A DNA stretch of 48,250 nt, from NCBI GenBank assembly GCA_046728075.1, contig JBKPDV010000141.1:1-48250 (forward strand). The letters run 5' to 3'. The translations under genes were made by a program, and so were the position numbers. Below, piece by piece: positions 18,910 to 28,138 of the stretch. Below the pieces are notes generated by a model. The model was given only the letters and a program-made list of their open reading frames with translations, had not been told where the DNA came from and searched no databases. This DNA comes from Acidobacteriota bacterium (GTDB lineage Bacteria > Acidobacteriota > Thermoanaerobaculia > UBA5066 > Gp7-AA6). Position 1 is the stretch's first letter. The number at the start of each line of letters is the position of its first letter.

Positions 18910-20208
18910 TCACGTGTCCGCCGAGACACGGGGCACCGTTCTCGCTTCGCATTCCGCCGCGCGCTCGAGAAGCAGCGTGCGCTCGCGCTCGTTTCGCGTG
19001 AGTGAGGCCGCGCGCTCGAGCTCTGCCCGGGCCTCCTCGAAGCGGCCGAGCTTCACGAGGAGGTCGCCGCGCACGCTGGGCAACAGATGGTAGCTCTCGA
19101 GCGACGGCTCCGAAATCAGGCGATCCACGAGCGCGAGACCCACGGCGGGACCAAAGGCCATCCCGTGCGCGACCGCGCGATTGAGCTCGACGACGGGAGA
19201 CGGATCGGTTCGTCCAAGTTCGTCGTACAGGGCAGCGATGCGCCGCCAGTCCGTCTCGTCCGGCGTGCGCGCTCTCGCGTGGCAAGCGGCGATCGCGGCC
19301 TGCAAAGCGTAAGGGCCCTGTGCGCCGGCGAGCGCTTCGGCACGCTCGAGAGCAGCGAGGCCGCGGTGGATGAGGAGCTGGTCCCAGCGCGAGCGGTCCT
19401 GATCGAGCAAGAGGACTGGTTCTCCCGACGGGCCGGTTCGGGCGCGCAGACGCGACGCTTGGATCTCCATCAGAGCGACGAGGCCATGAACCTCCGGCTC
19501 CCTGGGCGCGAGCCCGACGAGGATGCGGCCGAGACGCAGCGCGTCCTCGCAGAGGGCCGGCCGTACCCAGTCGTCGCCGGCGGTCGCGGAGTAACCTTCG
19601 TTGAAGATGAGGTAGACGACCTGGAGAACCGGCGCCAGCCGGACGGCGAACTCGGAGCCGCGAGGGACCTCGAAGGGGATGCCGGCGTCGGCCAGCGCGC
19701 GCTTGGCGCGTACGATCCGCTGCGCGACCGTCGCTTCCGGAACGAGGAACGCCCGCGCGATCTCGGATGTCTCGAGGCCGCCGAGGAGCCGTAGTGTCAA
19801 TGCCACACGCGCCTCGGTCGACAGGATCGGATGGCAGGCGATGAACATGAGGCGGAGAAGATCGTCGCCGATGTCGTCGTCGATCGCGTTCTCCAGGTCC
19901 GACACTGCTGTCTCCCGCCGGCTTTCGATCTCGCGGCCGACGTCCGGATTCTTGCGCTCGACGAGCGCCTTCTTGCGCACCAGGTCGATCCCGCGATTCT
20001 TCGCCGTGGCCATCAGCCAGGCGCCCGGGTTGTCCGGGACGCCCGACTGCGGCCATCGCTCGAGCGCGGCGACGAGCGCGTCCTGTGCGAGATCCTCGGC
20101 GAGGCCGACGTCGCGCACGATCCGCGTGAGACCGGCGATCAACCTCGGCGCCTCGATCCTCCAGACCGCGTCGATCGCGCGATGAGTGTCGGTAGCCGCC
20201 ACGGCCAC
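18910..20208 (-). CDS. ECF sigma factor with C-terminal TPR-like extension (ECF42 group)
   Basis: AEDLAQDA, WL...AKNR.ID, DDLLRLMF.ACHP, YLIFNEGY and GPYALQAAIAACH motifs; preceded by DGPF genes. Confidence 0.92.
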   Translation of the reverse strand: MAVAATDTHRAIDAVWRIEAPRLIAGLTRIVRDVGLAEDLAQDALVAALERWPQSGVPDNPGAWLMATAKNRGIDLVRKKALVERKNPDVGREIESRRETAVSDLENAIDDDIGDDLLRLMFIACHPILSTEARVALTLRLLGGLETSEIARAFLVPEATVAQRIVRAKRALADAGIPFEVPRGSEFAVRLAPVLQVVYLIFNEGYSATAGDDWVRPALCEDALRLGRILVGLAPREPEVHGLVALMEIQASRLRARTGPSGEPVLLLDQDRSRWDQLLIHRGLAALERAEALAGAQGPYALQAAIAACHARARTPDETDWRRIAALYDELGRTDPSPVVELNRAVAHGMAFGPAVGLALVDRLISEPSLESYHLLPSVRGDLLVKLGRFEEARAELERAASLTRNERERTLLLERAAECEARTVPRVSADT

Positions 20209-20260
20209 CGATCACACCATCGCCGCTCCGTCAGCGCAAGCCGAGGCCTTCCGCGAAGAC

Positions 20261-20665
20261 CTACTTGCTCGCGCCCGCGCGCGAGTGAATCTCCGCGGCC
20301 TCACCGAGATCCGCGGGCCCGAACATCTGGCGGACTTCCGTCTCCCCCTCCCAGCCCGGCCAATGCTCCCGGTGGAGCTCCATGAAGCGCCGCGACCACT
20401 CGACCGCTTCGTCCTGTGACTTCAACTCGAACACGGCATACCCGCCGACGACTTCTTTGGTCTCGGTGAAGGGTCCGTCGAGCACCTGGAGACGTCCCTG
20501 GCGAAGACGCACAGCCTTGCCCGTCGCGGTTGGGGCGAGGCCCCCTGTGTCCAGCATCGCGCCCGCGGCGACCGCCTCCAGGCGGAGCTTCTCGATGGCA
20601 TCGATGAGCCCTTGCGGCGGAAACCCGTATTTTTCAGCAGACTTGACAATCGTCATGAATCGCAT
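20261..20665 (-). CDS. YciI/DGPF family protein
   Basis: DGPFTETKEVVGGY motif; RBS AAAGGAG before ATG 20665. Confidence 0.92.
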   Translation of the reverse strand: MRFMTIVKSAEKYGFPPQGLIDAIEKLRLEAVAAGAMLDTGGLAPTATGKAVRLRQGRLQVLDGPFTETKEVVGGYAVFELKSQDEAVEWSRRFMELHREHWPGWEGETEVRQMFGPADLGEAAEIHSRAGASK

Positions 20666-20739
20666 TGGAAACACTCCTTTTCATTTTGCGTCGACTTCGG
20701 GACGGGCCACGAGGCTCGCTTGGCGCGGCTCCGCGCCGG

Positions 20740-21159
20740 TTATTTCTTCGTTGCCGCTCGCGCGCGAATGCGCGCTTCCTGCGCCCGGAGCTCGGGAGTG
20801 AACTCGGCGCCGAAGTCCTCCGCCTCGAAGACCTGCCGGATCTCGACCTCCGTCCCGCCACCGAAAGGGGCGCGTTTCAACCACTCGATCGCTTCTTCCT
20901 TCGACTTCACTTGCCAAAGCCAGAAGCCGGCGACCAGCTCCTTTGTCTCGGCAAAGGGCCCGTCGATCACCGTGGGCTTCCCTCCGGAGAACTTGACCCG
21001 CACGCCCTTCGAGCTCGGCTGGAGTCCCTCGGCCGCGAGCATGACGCCGGCTTTCGACAACTCCTCGTTGTATTTGCCCATCTCGGTCAGCATCTTCTTG
21101 TCCGGGAGAACCCCGGCCTCCGAGTCTTTGTTGGCTTTCACAATCACCATGAAACGCAT
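20740..21159 (-). CDS. YciI/DGPF family protein
   Basis: DGPFAETKELVAGFW motif; RBS AAGGAG before ATG 21159. Confidence 0.92.
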   Translation of the reverse strand: MRFMVIVKANKDSEAGVLPDKKMLTEMGKYNEELSKAGVMLAAEGLQPSSKGVRVKFSGGKPTVIDGPFAETKELVAGFWLWQVKSKEEAIEWLKRAPFGGGTEVEIRQVFEAEDFGAEFTPELRAQEARIRARAATKK

Positions 21160-21234
21160 TGCATGTCTCCTTCTGGTTTCTGAACCGGGCCCCGGCCGAC
21201 CTCGGCCGGGTGTCAACCCTGGCTCTACTATCAC

Positions 21235-21261
21235 GACGAACCAGGGTCGGCAGGATCGACA
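21235..21261 (-). promoter_or_regulatory. ECF42-type promoter
   Basis: TGTCGA-N17-CGTC upstream of the DGPF-DGPF-sigma operon, matching the described ECF42 consensus. Confidence 0.75.
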
Positions 21262-21415
21262 CCGCCACCGGTCTCATTTACGGCCCAGGGGTCAGCAAGA
21301 TCTCGGGGCGGGGACCGGCGCCCGACACGCTGTCAGAGCGGGCCGTAACCTCGTCTTGACCGGTAGCGTCCCCTTTTCTTAGAGGGGCCGGAGCCGGCCG
21401 GCAAGAAAGGACTCG

Positions 21416-22324
21416 ATGCATGTCCGCGACTTGCGCAAGTTCATGGGCGCCGCCGCAATCATGTACGGGTTCTTCGGCGGCGGAATTGGATTTGCGCAAA
21501 CCACAGCCGGGCCATCCCATTCCGAGCGTGTGGAGACCTTCGAGCTACAAAGCGAGGTTTTTCACAACCGCAGAACCGTTCGAGTGCTCCTGCCGGCCAG
21601 ATATCGCGAGGCCGCCAACCAGAATCGGCGCTACCCGGTGCTCTATCTCAACGACGGTTTTGCCGTCTTCAAGGCCAGCGCATGGAACGCGCCCGAAGTC
21701 ATCACCCGGCTGGAGTCTGAAGGCAGGATCCGTCCGATCATCCTGGTCGGAATGGACAACGGCGCGAGTCTCGAGAACGGAAGTGCCGAGCAGCGCACGC
21801 GCGAGTACCTTCCCTATCCCGATCCGAAGAACGAGCCGTCGGTCCCCTCGCCGCAGGGGACTTCCTATCCGGAGTTTCTGATCAGGGAGGTCATGCCGGC
21901 GGTGTCAGCCAGATACCGAACCCTGCCGGGAGCCGACAATACCGGTCTCGGCGGCGCTTCCTACGGTGGGTTAGCGGCTCTTTACACCGTCATGCACAAT
22001 CCAAATATTGTGGGCCGGCTTCTGCTGGAGAGCACCCCCCTCTTTCTGGCGAATTTCGCGGCGCTCCGCGACGCGAAAAGCGCGCGGCGTTGGCCGGCTC
22101 GGATCTCGATCGGCATCGGAACGAAGGAGTCCGAGGAGAATGCGCTCGCGAAGGCTGCGGTCCCCACGATGGAAGCGCTCCGGTCGGCCATCCAGAAAGG
22201 CTCTCCAGGCTCGCAAGTCAGGCTCTTCATTGAGCCGGAGGCAACACACAGCTCCGCGGCGTGGCGACGCAGGCTTCCGGCGGCGCTGGAGTTCCTCTGG
22301 CCCCCGGACTCGCCCACCAGGTGA
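21416..22324 (+). CDS. Secreted alpha/beta hydrolase (IroE/Fes-like esterase)
   Basis: YPVLYLNDG, GGASYGG nucleophile elbow and H..AAW.RR motifs; N-terminal signal peptide. Confidence 0.88.
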   Translation: MHVRDLRKFMGAAAIMYGFFGGGIGFAQTTAGPSHSERVETFELQSEVFHNRRTVRVLLPARYREAANQNRRYPVLYLNDGFAVFKASAWNAPEVITRLESEGRIRPIILVGMDNGASLENGSAEQRTREYLPYPDPKNEPSVPSPQGTSYPEFLIREVMPAVSARYRTLPGADNTGLGGASYGGLAALYTVMHNPNIVGRLLLESTPLFLANFAALRDAKSARRWPARISIGIGTKESEENALAKAAVPTMEALRSAIQKGSPGSQVRLFIEPEATHSSAAWRRRLPAALEFLWPPDSPTR

Positions 22325-22341
22325 GCGTGCGCTGGCGCTCG

Positions 22342-23899
22342 TTAGCCGTGGAGATTGACGGTTCGCGGAGGCGGTAGCTCCCTCGGGACCACCGTGGGAT
22401 TCTGCCGGTCGGGCTGCGATGGTGGAGCCGGCGTCGGTTCCGGGGGCGGCGGGGGGTGTGGGAGTCTCGGGCGGCGGCGCGGGCGTCTCGGGGGGTGCCG
22501 CAATCTCGGGCGGCGGCTCGGGAATTTCGGGCGGCGCAGCGACCCAGACCGAGGTGGCGGGCGGCGGCGCGGGGGCGCTCGGCGGCGGGGCCTCGACCGG
22601 CTTCGGTTCCTCGACCCACGGGAAAAGCCTCACAGCGGGCGAAACGGGCTCGGCCGCGCTCGGCTCTTCCACCGGGTAGCGCGGCGGTTGGGCAATGGGC
22701 AGCGGAGAGACGATCCGGTAGAGGACTCCTTTCCCGGTGGCGACATACAGTTCGCCCCTGGAGTCCTCTCCGAACGTCGTCAGATTCGGCGCGACGACGT
22801 TGGTCATCTGACCGTTTCCCCAGATATGGCCCGTGCAATAGTCGCCATAGAAGTAGACGCCGGAGAGGCGCGAATCATCTTTCCCGCGATAGACGTATCC
22901 GCCGGCAACCGCGCAATCGCCCGAATCGTGGCCGTATTCCAGAATCGGCGGGCGAAGGCCTTCGGGCGCCGGCTGCGCCGAGCCGGCGGGGAGCCCGGAC
23001 TTCCCGGCAGCTCGACGGAGCGACCCCTCCATGATCTTCCAACCGTAGTTCTCTCCTCCGCGGCTCGAACCGGGCTGAAAGTCGATCTCCTCGCGAACGC
23101 TCTGTCCGACGTCTCCGATGTAAAGGTCTCCGGTCTGGCGGTCGAAGGAGAACCGCCTCGGGTCGCGCAGGCCCTTGGCCCAGATTTCCCCGCGCGCCGC
23201 CGGGGTTGCCGCGAGCGGATTCGAAGGCGGGATTCCGTAGAACGGCGGACGAGCGGCGTTCGCGTTGACATCCAGGCGAAGGATCTTCCCGAGCAGGACG
23301 TCGTCTCGCTGCGCGCCGCGGTTTGGGCGTTGCGCCGAGCCGCCGTCTCCGATTCCGGCATACAAGTACCCATCGGGTCCGAACTGCAATTGGCCGCCGT
23401 GATGGTCGGCATTGGCCGGATACGGAATCGTCAACAACACAACGCCGCTCGACGCATCGGCCCGGTTCGTCTTCGCGCCCGAGCGCCGGTAACGCGCGAT
23501 CACCAGGTTCCCCGCCCCGTCCGTGTAGGAGACGAAGAACAATCCGTTGGAGGCGTAGTCCGGGTGAAAGGCGACGGAGAGCAGTCCGCGTTCCCCGCAG
23601 CAGGAGACTCGGCTCGAGATGTCGAGAAACGCGGTACGCAGAACGCGCGTTCCCTTCCAGATCACGATCCGTCCATTGGCCAGCGTGAGAAAGAGCCAGG
23701 AATCGCCGGCGGCGGCGATCGACGTGATCGAGCCCAGTCCGGAGGCCAGAGCCTGGAGCCGCACGTCGGAGATGGCCCCCGCGGTCGTGGGATTCGAGAC
23801 TGCCGCCGCGCCGGCTCGGGCCGCGGCGAGAAAGGCGCAGCAGCCGAGCGCCACCAGGACTGCGCGGCAAAAGCGCGGGAGAACCGAGACCGGTTCCAT
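22342..23899 (-). CDS. PQQ-dependent sugar (glucose/sorbosone) dehydrogenase family protein with Pro-rich tail; apparent +1 frameshift near 22451-22456
   Basis: GERGLLSVAFHP, HHGGQLQFGPDGYLY, LGKILRLD, GDVGQ..REEI and NYGW motifs. Removing one G from the G6 run gives a tail that ends at TAA 22342. Confidence 0.82.
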
Positions 23900-24037
23900 C
23901 CTGAATCGTCCAACCCGGCGCGCGCGGAAGTTATGCCCGCGCGAAAGAGAAACCGCGCTCCGCGCCTGAGGACGCGAGACGGATCAGACCCGCACAACGT
24001 TACACATTTCCTGATCTAATACTGCAGGCGGCGGCGA

Positions 24038-25552
24038 ATGCATTCCTCCCGGACAAGCGGCGAGAAGCCAGATCCCAACGGTTTTCTGACCGGGGAGTGG
24101 ACCGTGACTCCATCGCGAAACCTCTTGGTACGCGGCGAGGAGCAGGTTCGGCTGGAACCGCGAGTGATGGACGTGCTCGTCCACCTCGCCGAGCGCGCGG
24201 GGGAAGTGGTTTCGAAGGAAGATCTGGTGGAGCGGGTGTGGGAGGGCCGGTTCGTCACCGATGACGTGCTGACGGTGACGATCTACGCTCTGCGCAAAGC
24301 GCTGGGGGATGACGCGCGCCGCCCGCGGTACCTGGAGACGGTTTCGCGGCGAGGGTACCGCTGGATCGCGCCGGTGAAACCCGAATCGACAGAGGCAGCC
24401 ACTCCCCCGCCGGAAGCCCAACCGTCACGCGCCGTGGCCTGGCGGACGCTGGCCGGGACTGTTGCGCTTGTGTTGTTCGCAGCGGGCGCGTCCTGGATGC
24501 TGATAACTCCACGCCGGGGCCGGCACGTTCCGACCGCCGAGGCGCAGGAAGCGTACGTGAAGGGCCGCTACTTTCTCGATCAGCGCTCGATCAAGGGCTG
24601 GCAGCAGGCGCTCGAACAGTTCGAGCGCGCCGTTGCTCTGGACCCGAAGTCCCCCGCCGCTCATGCCGGGCTGGCAGACGCCTATTCGGCGATGTCGGAC
24701 TTCGGCGTTGCCTCGCCGGCGGAGATGCGGCCGCGGGCGATGAAGGCGGCACAGCGTGCTCTGGACCTGGACCCGCAATCGGCGGAAGGGCACGAGGCGC
24801 TCGGCCGGGCGCAGTTCTTGTTCGACTGGGATTTCGCGAGGGCACAGGGCAGCCTGGCGCGGGCAGTGGCCCTGGACGCGGAATACATGCCCGCGTACCA
24901 GGCGACGGCGTGGCTGAAGTCGGCCCGAGGCCAGCACGCCGAGGCCATAGCGGCGGCACGACGGGCGCTGCAGCTCGACCCGGTGAACACGGCGCGTTAC
25001 ACCGAGCTGGCGTGGGTCCTCGCGCTCGGCGGCCACTACGACGAGGCGCTGCATGAGATCGAGAGGGCGCTCCAATTGAACCCGAGATCCTTCAAGACCT
25101 GGCTGATGAAGGGATGGACCTACGAGCTGACCGGGCAACCGGACGCGGCTTTCACCGCCTACCGGGAAGGCATGCGCATCGGCGGCGTACCGGAAGAGAC
25201 GCTGCGGCGCATTGAAGGCGTGTATCGCGCCGAAGGGCTGGCGGGCTATTACCGCGGATGGCTCGAACAGAAACCCCGCAGCGGCAGCACGCCCATGTCG
25301 GACACGTTCCGCGCCATGGTTTACGTCCGAGCGGGCGAGCTGGATCGCGCCATCGAATCGCTCGAGAAGGCTTACCGGAAGCGAGAGAGCGCGCTGGCGT
25401 GGGTGAACGTCGAGCCCAGCTTTCAGCGGCTGCGGTCCGATGCGCGGTTTCAGCAGATCGCCGCGCGCGTCGGAACGTCACTTCCGCTTGCTCGGGATCT
25501 GGCTGCGCCACCGGCTGGCGGCTCGCCCAAGGGGGCTCGACCGCCAGCCTGA
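24038..25552 (+). CDS. CadC/ToxR-like winged-helix regulator with TM segment and TPR repeats
   Basis: LEPRVMDVLVHL...VW...LRKALGDD..YLETVSRRGYR; hydrophobic segment; multiple A..LDP TPR units. Confidence 0.9.
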   Translation: MHSSRTSGEKPDPNGFLTGEWTVTPSRNLLVRGEEQVRLEPRVMDVLVHLAERAGEVVSKEDLVERVWEGRFVTDDVLTVTIYALRKALGDDARRPRYLETVSRRGYRWIAPVKPESTEAATPPPEAQPSRAVAWRTLAGTVALVLFAAGASWMLITPRRGRHVPTAEAQEAYVKGRYFLDQRSIKGWQQALEQFERAVALDPKSPAAHAGLADAYSAMSDFGVASPAEMRPRAMKAAQRALDLDPQSAEGHEALGRAQFLFDWDFARAQGSLARAVALDAEYMPAYQATAWLKSARGQHAEAIAAARRALQLDPVNTARYTELAWVLALGGHYDEALHEIERALQLNPRSFKTWLMKGWTYELTGQPDAAFTAYREGMRIGGVPEETLRRIEGVYRAEGLAGYYRGWLEQKPRSGSTPMSDTFRAMVYVRAGELDRAIESLEKAYRKRESALAWVNVEPSFQRLRSDARFQQIAARVGTSLPLARDLAAPPAGGSPKGARPPA

Positions 25553-25646
25553 TCCCTCGCGCGCTCGCTCCCAAACTGCTACCGAGTCGACGAAGCAAGG
25601 GACTCTTCGCGCACTTACGCTTCCGTGGAACAGCAAAAGAAGGAAC

Positions 25647-25673
25647 CTTCAGCGGAGCTTCATCTTTTCCTCA
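25647..25673 (+). promoter_or_regulatory. Three CYTCA direct repeats at 11-bp period (candidate wHTH site)
   Basis: CTTCA at 25647, CTTCA at 25658 and CCTCA at 25669, between the wHTH gene and the downstream gene. Confidence 0.5.
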
Positions 25674-25745
25674 GGACCTCCATGGTTGAGGATTCGTAGT
25701 TTCCCGTCAGTGGCGGAGATGTTTCCCCGCCCGGGAGGACGACAA

Positions 25746-27503
25746 ATGTGGAGGAACCCCGTGGGTGTTCTGGTTGGAGCGGTCCTGGTGTTGCTGCTCT
25801 CCCCCTTGGCGTCCGCCCAGCCAGAAGACGTGCAGCGGCGCATGAGCGAGGTCCTGCGGTACACCGGAGTGGAAAATCCCGTCCCTGGCGACGTCGCGCG
25901 GATGTCGGAGCTGTGGACCCGGGCACAACAGCCGGGGCTCGCCCGCGAGGAGCGGCGGTTGGCCTTTCGCGACATGTACGTGCTCTACGCCAGGCTGCAC
26001 GGCCGCGACCTGACCGACCGCCCACAGGCGCTGGACGGTTTCACTCAATTCGTCATGACCACGTTCGAGGGGGGCGGGCGCATGGACCTGACGTTGCCCG
26101 AGCCGCGCGGCAAGCCGGCCGGCAAGTATTTGCACGTCGAGACCCGGGGAATGGGCCGCACGCCCCTTCTGCTGATCTCCGACCTCGGTGTGGACGGGGG
26201 TAAGTTGTACGACTCCTTCGCGCGCCGGCAGGCGAACGCCTACACGATGCACATCGTCACACTGCCGTACGCGGGCGCGGCGCGTCCGCTGCCCTGGCCC
26301 GAGAAGCTCGACTATGCGGGCCGACCGTGGCTCAACCAGATCGAGCGCGAGCTTCTGGCGCTCCTGGATCAGCCGAGGATGAAGGGAATCACTGTCATCG
26401 GCACTTCGGGCGGCGGATACTTCGCCGCGCGTCTCGCGCTGCTGCGGCCGAAACAAGTCCGGCGGGTCGTGTCGGTGCACGCGCTGGTGAATTCTCCGCT
26501 GCGCTCTCTGACCGATCCCGATGCGCCGGCGACGCCCGATCAGCGCCTCGCGCGAGTCAGGTCCGTTTCACCTGCTCCGATGTTGTTTCCCGTGGCCCCC
26601 GTGCCTCCGCCGGAGGAGCTCCGGCGGCTGATCGCCGATCCCAACTCGATGCACCCCACCGCGCGCAACTGGATGGCCTTCGCGGTGAAGGACACGGCCG
26701 TTTCGCGCGCATGGACCCTGGAGGCGCTCTCCGGCGGCTTCTTCGTGCCGAGTCTGGAGTACACCTTCGAGTTCCTCTCCGCTGATCTCACCGAACAGAT
26801 GAAAACACTCTCCGTGCCGATGCTCCAGATGGGCACCTGGCACGATGACGGCTCACCTCGGCAGAGCGCGCCGAGCGTCTCGCAATGGGAAGAGATGAAG
26901 CTCCTGTACCCCGAGATTCCACTCACGGTGGTGACCTTCGACGACACCCGCGCCTACGTCAGCGCCGATGCGCCGGAGGAATTCGACCGCGCGCTCGCCG
27001 ATTTCCTCGCCGGCCGCCCGGTGCGCGGAAAGACCGGGTACAGCCTGCCGCGCGCCAGTCCGCGCGCGTCGGTCATGCAGGCGGTTGCCGGCACCGAAAT
27101 CCAGATCACCTACGGACGGCCGGCAGTCAAGCAGCGCAAGATCTGGGGCGAGCTCGTGCCGAACGGCCGCGTGTGGCGCGCGGGCGCGAACGAGGCAACC
27201 CAGTTCACCTTCAACCGCGGCGTGCAAATCGAAGGTCACGCGCTGCCCGCCGGGACCTACACGTTCTTCGTCGTTCCGGGTGAGGCGGAGTGGACTCTCC
27301 TCTTCAACCGCGTGCCGCGTCAGTGGGGCGCGTTCAACTACAACCCCGCGTTCGACGCGCTGCGCTTGACGGCAAAACCGGCGGAGGCCGCCCACGAAGA
27401 GTATCTGCGCTATGACGTCGAGCCCGAGGGGGTCAACGCGGCGCTCGTGGCGCTCTCCTGGGAAAAGCGACGGATTGCTTTCCGGATCCAGGCCGGACAG
27501 TGA
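25746..27503 (+). CDS. Secreted alpha/beta hydrolase-like protein fused to C-terminal DUF2911
   Basis: Signal peptide; VIGTSGGG elbow; RASP...YGRPAVK.RKIWG.LVP..VWRAGANEAT and QWGAF.Y motifs; RBS GGGAGG before ATG 25746. Confidence 0.82.
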   Translation: MWRNPVGVLVGAVLVLLLSPLASAQPEDVQRRMSEVLRYTGVENPVPGDVARMSELWTRAQQPGLAREERRLAFRDMYVLYARLHGRDLTDRPQALDGFTQFVMTTFEGGGRMDLTLPEPRGKPAGKYLHVETRGMGRTPLLLISDLGVDGGKLYDSFARRQANAYTMHIVTLPYAGAARPLPWPEKLDYAGRPWLNQIERELLALLDQPRMKGITVIGTSGGGYFAARLALLRPKQVRRVVSVHALVNSPLRSLTDPDAPATPDQRLARVRSVSPAPMLFPVAPVPPPEELRRLIADPNSMHPTARNWMAFAVKDTAVSRAWTLEALSGGFFVPSLEYTFEFLSADLTEQMKTLSVPMLQMGTWHDDGSPRQSAPSVSQWEEMKLLYPEIPLTVVTFDDTRAYVSADAPEEFDRALADFLAGRPVRGKTGYSLPRASPRASVMQAVAGTEIQITYGRPAVKQRKIWGELVPNGRVWRAGANEATQFTFNRGVQIEGHALPAGTYTFFVVPGEAEWTLLFNRVPRQWGAFNYNPAFDALRLTAKPAEAAHEEYLRYDVEPEGVNAALVALSWEKRRIAFRIQAGQ

Positions 27504-27528
27504 GACACGGTTCGAAAGCGGAGGACCC

Positions 27529-28083
27529 TTACTGCGCCCCCCGTTTGGTTGGAGGCAGCTTGCGATAGTTGACGAAGAACTCCTGCTGGCCGTTGCCTTC
27601 CGCCTGGGTCACGAGCGCCTCGTAGAGCTTCGAGGCGCCGATCGCCTGCATTCCCTTCCCTTCCTTCGAAGGCACGAAGGCCATGTCGCGCCACACGTGG
27701 ACCTCGCTCGGAACCCCGGCAATCCCGCGCGCCGAGAGCCAGAAGCTGGCGTAGCCGAGACGATTCCATTCGTCGTAGTCGAACAACTTCGCGTCGGTCG
27801 GCTTGAGTGACTGGATCAGTCCCACCAGCCGATCGAGGTCAGGTCCAGGTTCCACCGTCCAGCTCGGATTCGGCCGGCCCGAGTAGACCGAAAGGGTGAC
27901 GCGGATACTCACCGGCGGCTGTTCCTTTCGGGTCGTTGCCGCCACGCCCCGATCTACCGCTCCCGTCTTCTGCTCGGTGCTCTCCTTCGTCTGAGCCCAG
28001 GCACCGGCGGCGGCCCACACGAATATCACCGCCGCCCCCGCTATGGTCATCGAGATCGCGCTCGCGCACCGTGCTGCTCTCAT
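27529..28083 (-). CDS. Secreted hypothetical protein with YSGRPNPSW motif
   Basis: Signal peptide with AWA cleavage site; RBS AGGAAGGAG; motifs SVYSGRPNPSW and RLGY. Confidence 0.78.
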   Translation of the reverse strand: MRAARCASAISMTIAGAAVIFVWAAAGAWAQTKESTEQKTGAVDRGVAATTRKEQPPVSIRVTLSVYSGRPNPSWTVEPGPDLDRLVGLIQSLKPTDAKLFDYDEWNRLGYASFWLSARGIAGVPSEVHVWRDMAFVPSKEGKGMQAIGASKLYEALVTQAEGNGQQEFFVNYRKLPPTKRGAQ

Positions 28084-28138
28084 GCTGCAGCTCCTTCCTT
28101 TCTGAAACGAAACATCCTTTCCGGCAGGCCGCGCCGGT

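Noticed and set aside
21971-22341. Apparent long convergent overlap of the dehydrogenase and esterase genes
   Set aside because: Explained by a single-base frameshift in the G6 run.
22440-22620. GGCGGCGG-type repeats as a CRISPR array or VNTR
   Set aside because: They encode the Pro-rich linker; there is no constant repeat-spacer structure.
22355-24019. Long antisense ORFs (also 29504-31246, 12243-13706, 13202-14509, 15821-17164, 39378-40556)
   Set aside because: Shadows of GC-rich genes on the opposite strand, with no recognisable motifs.
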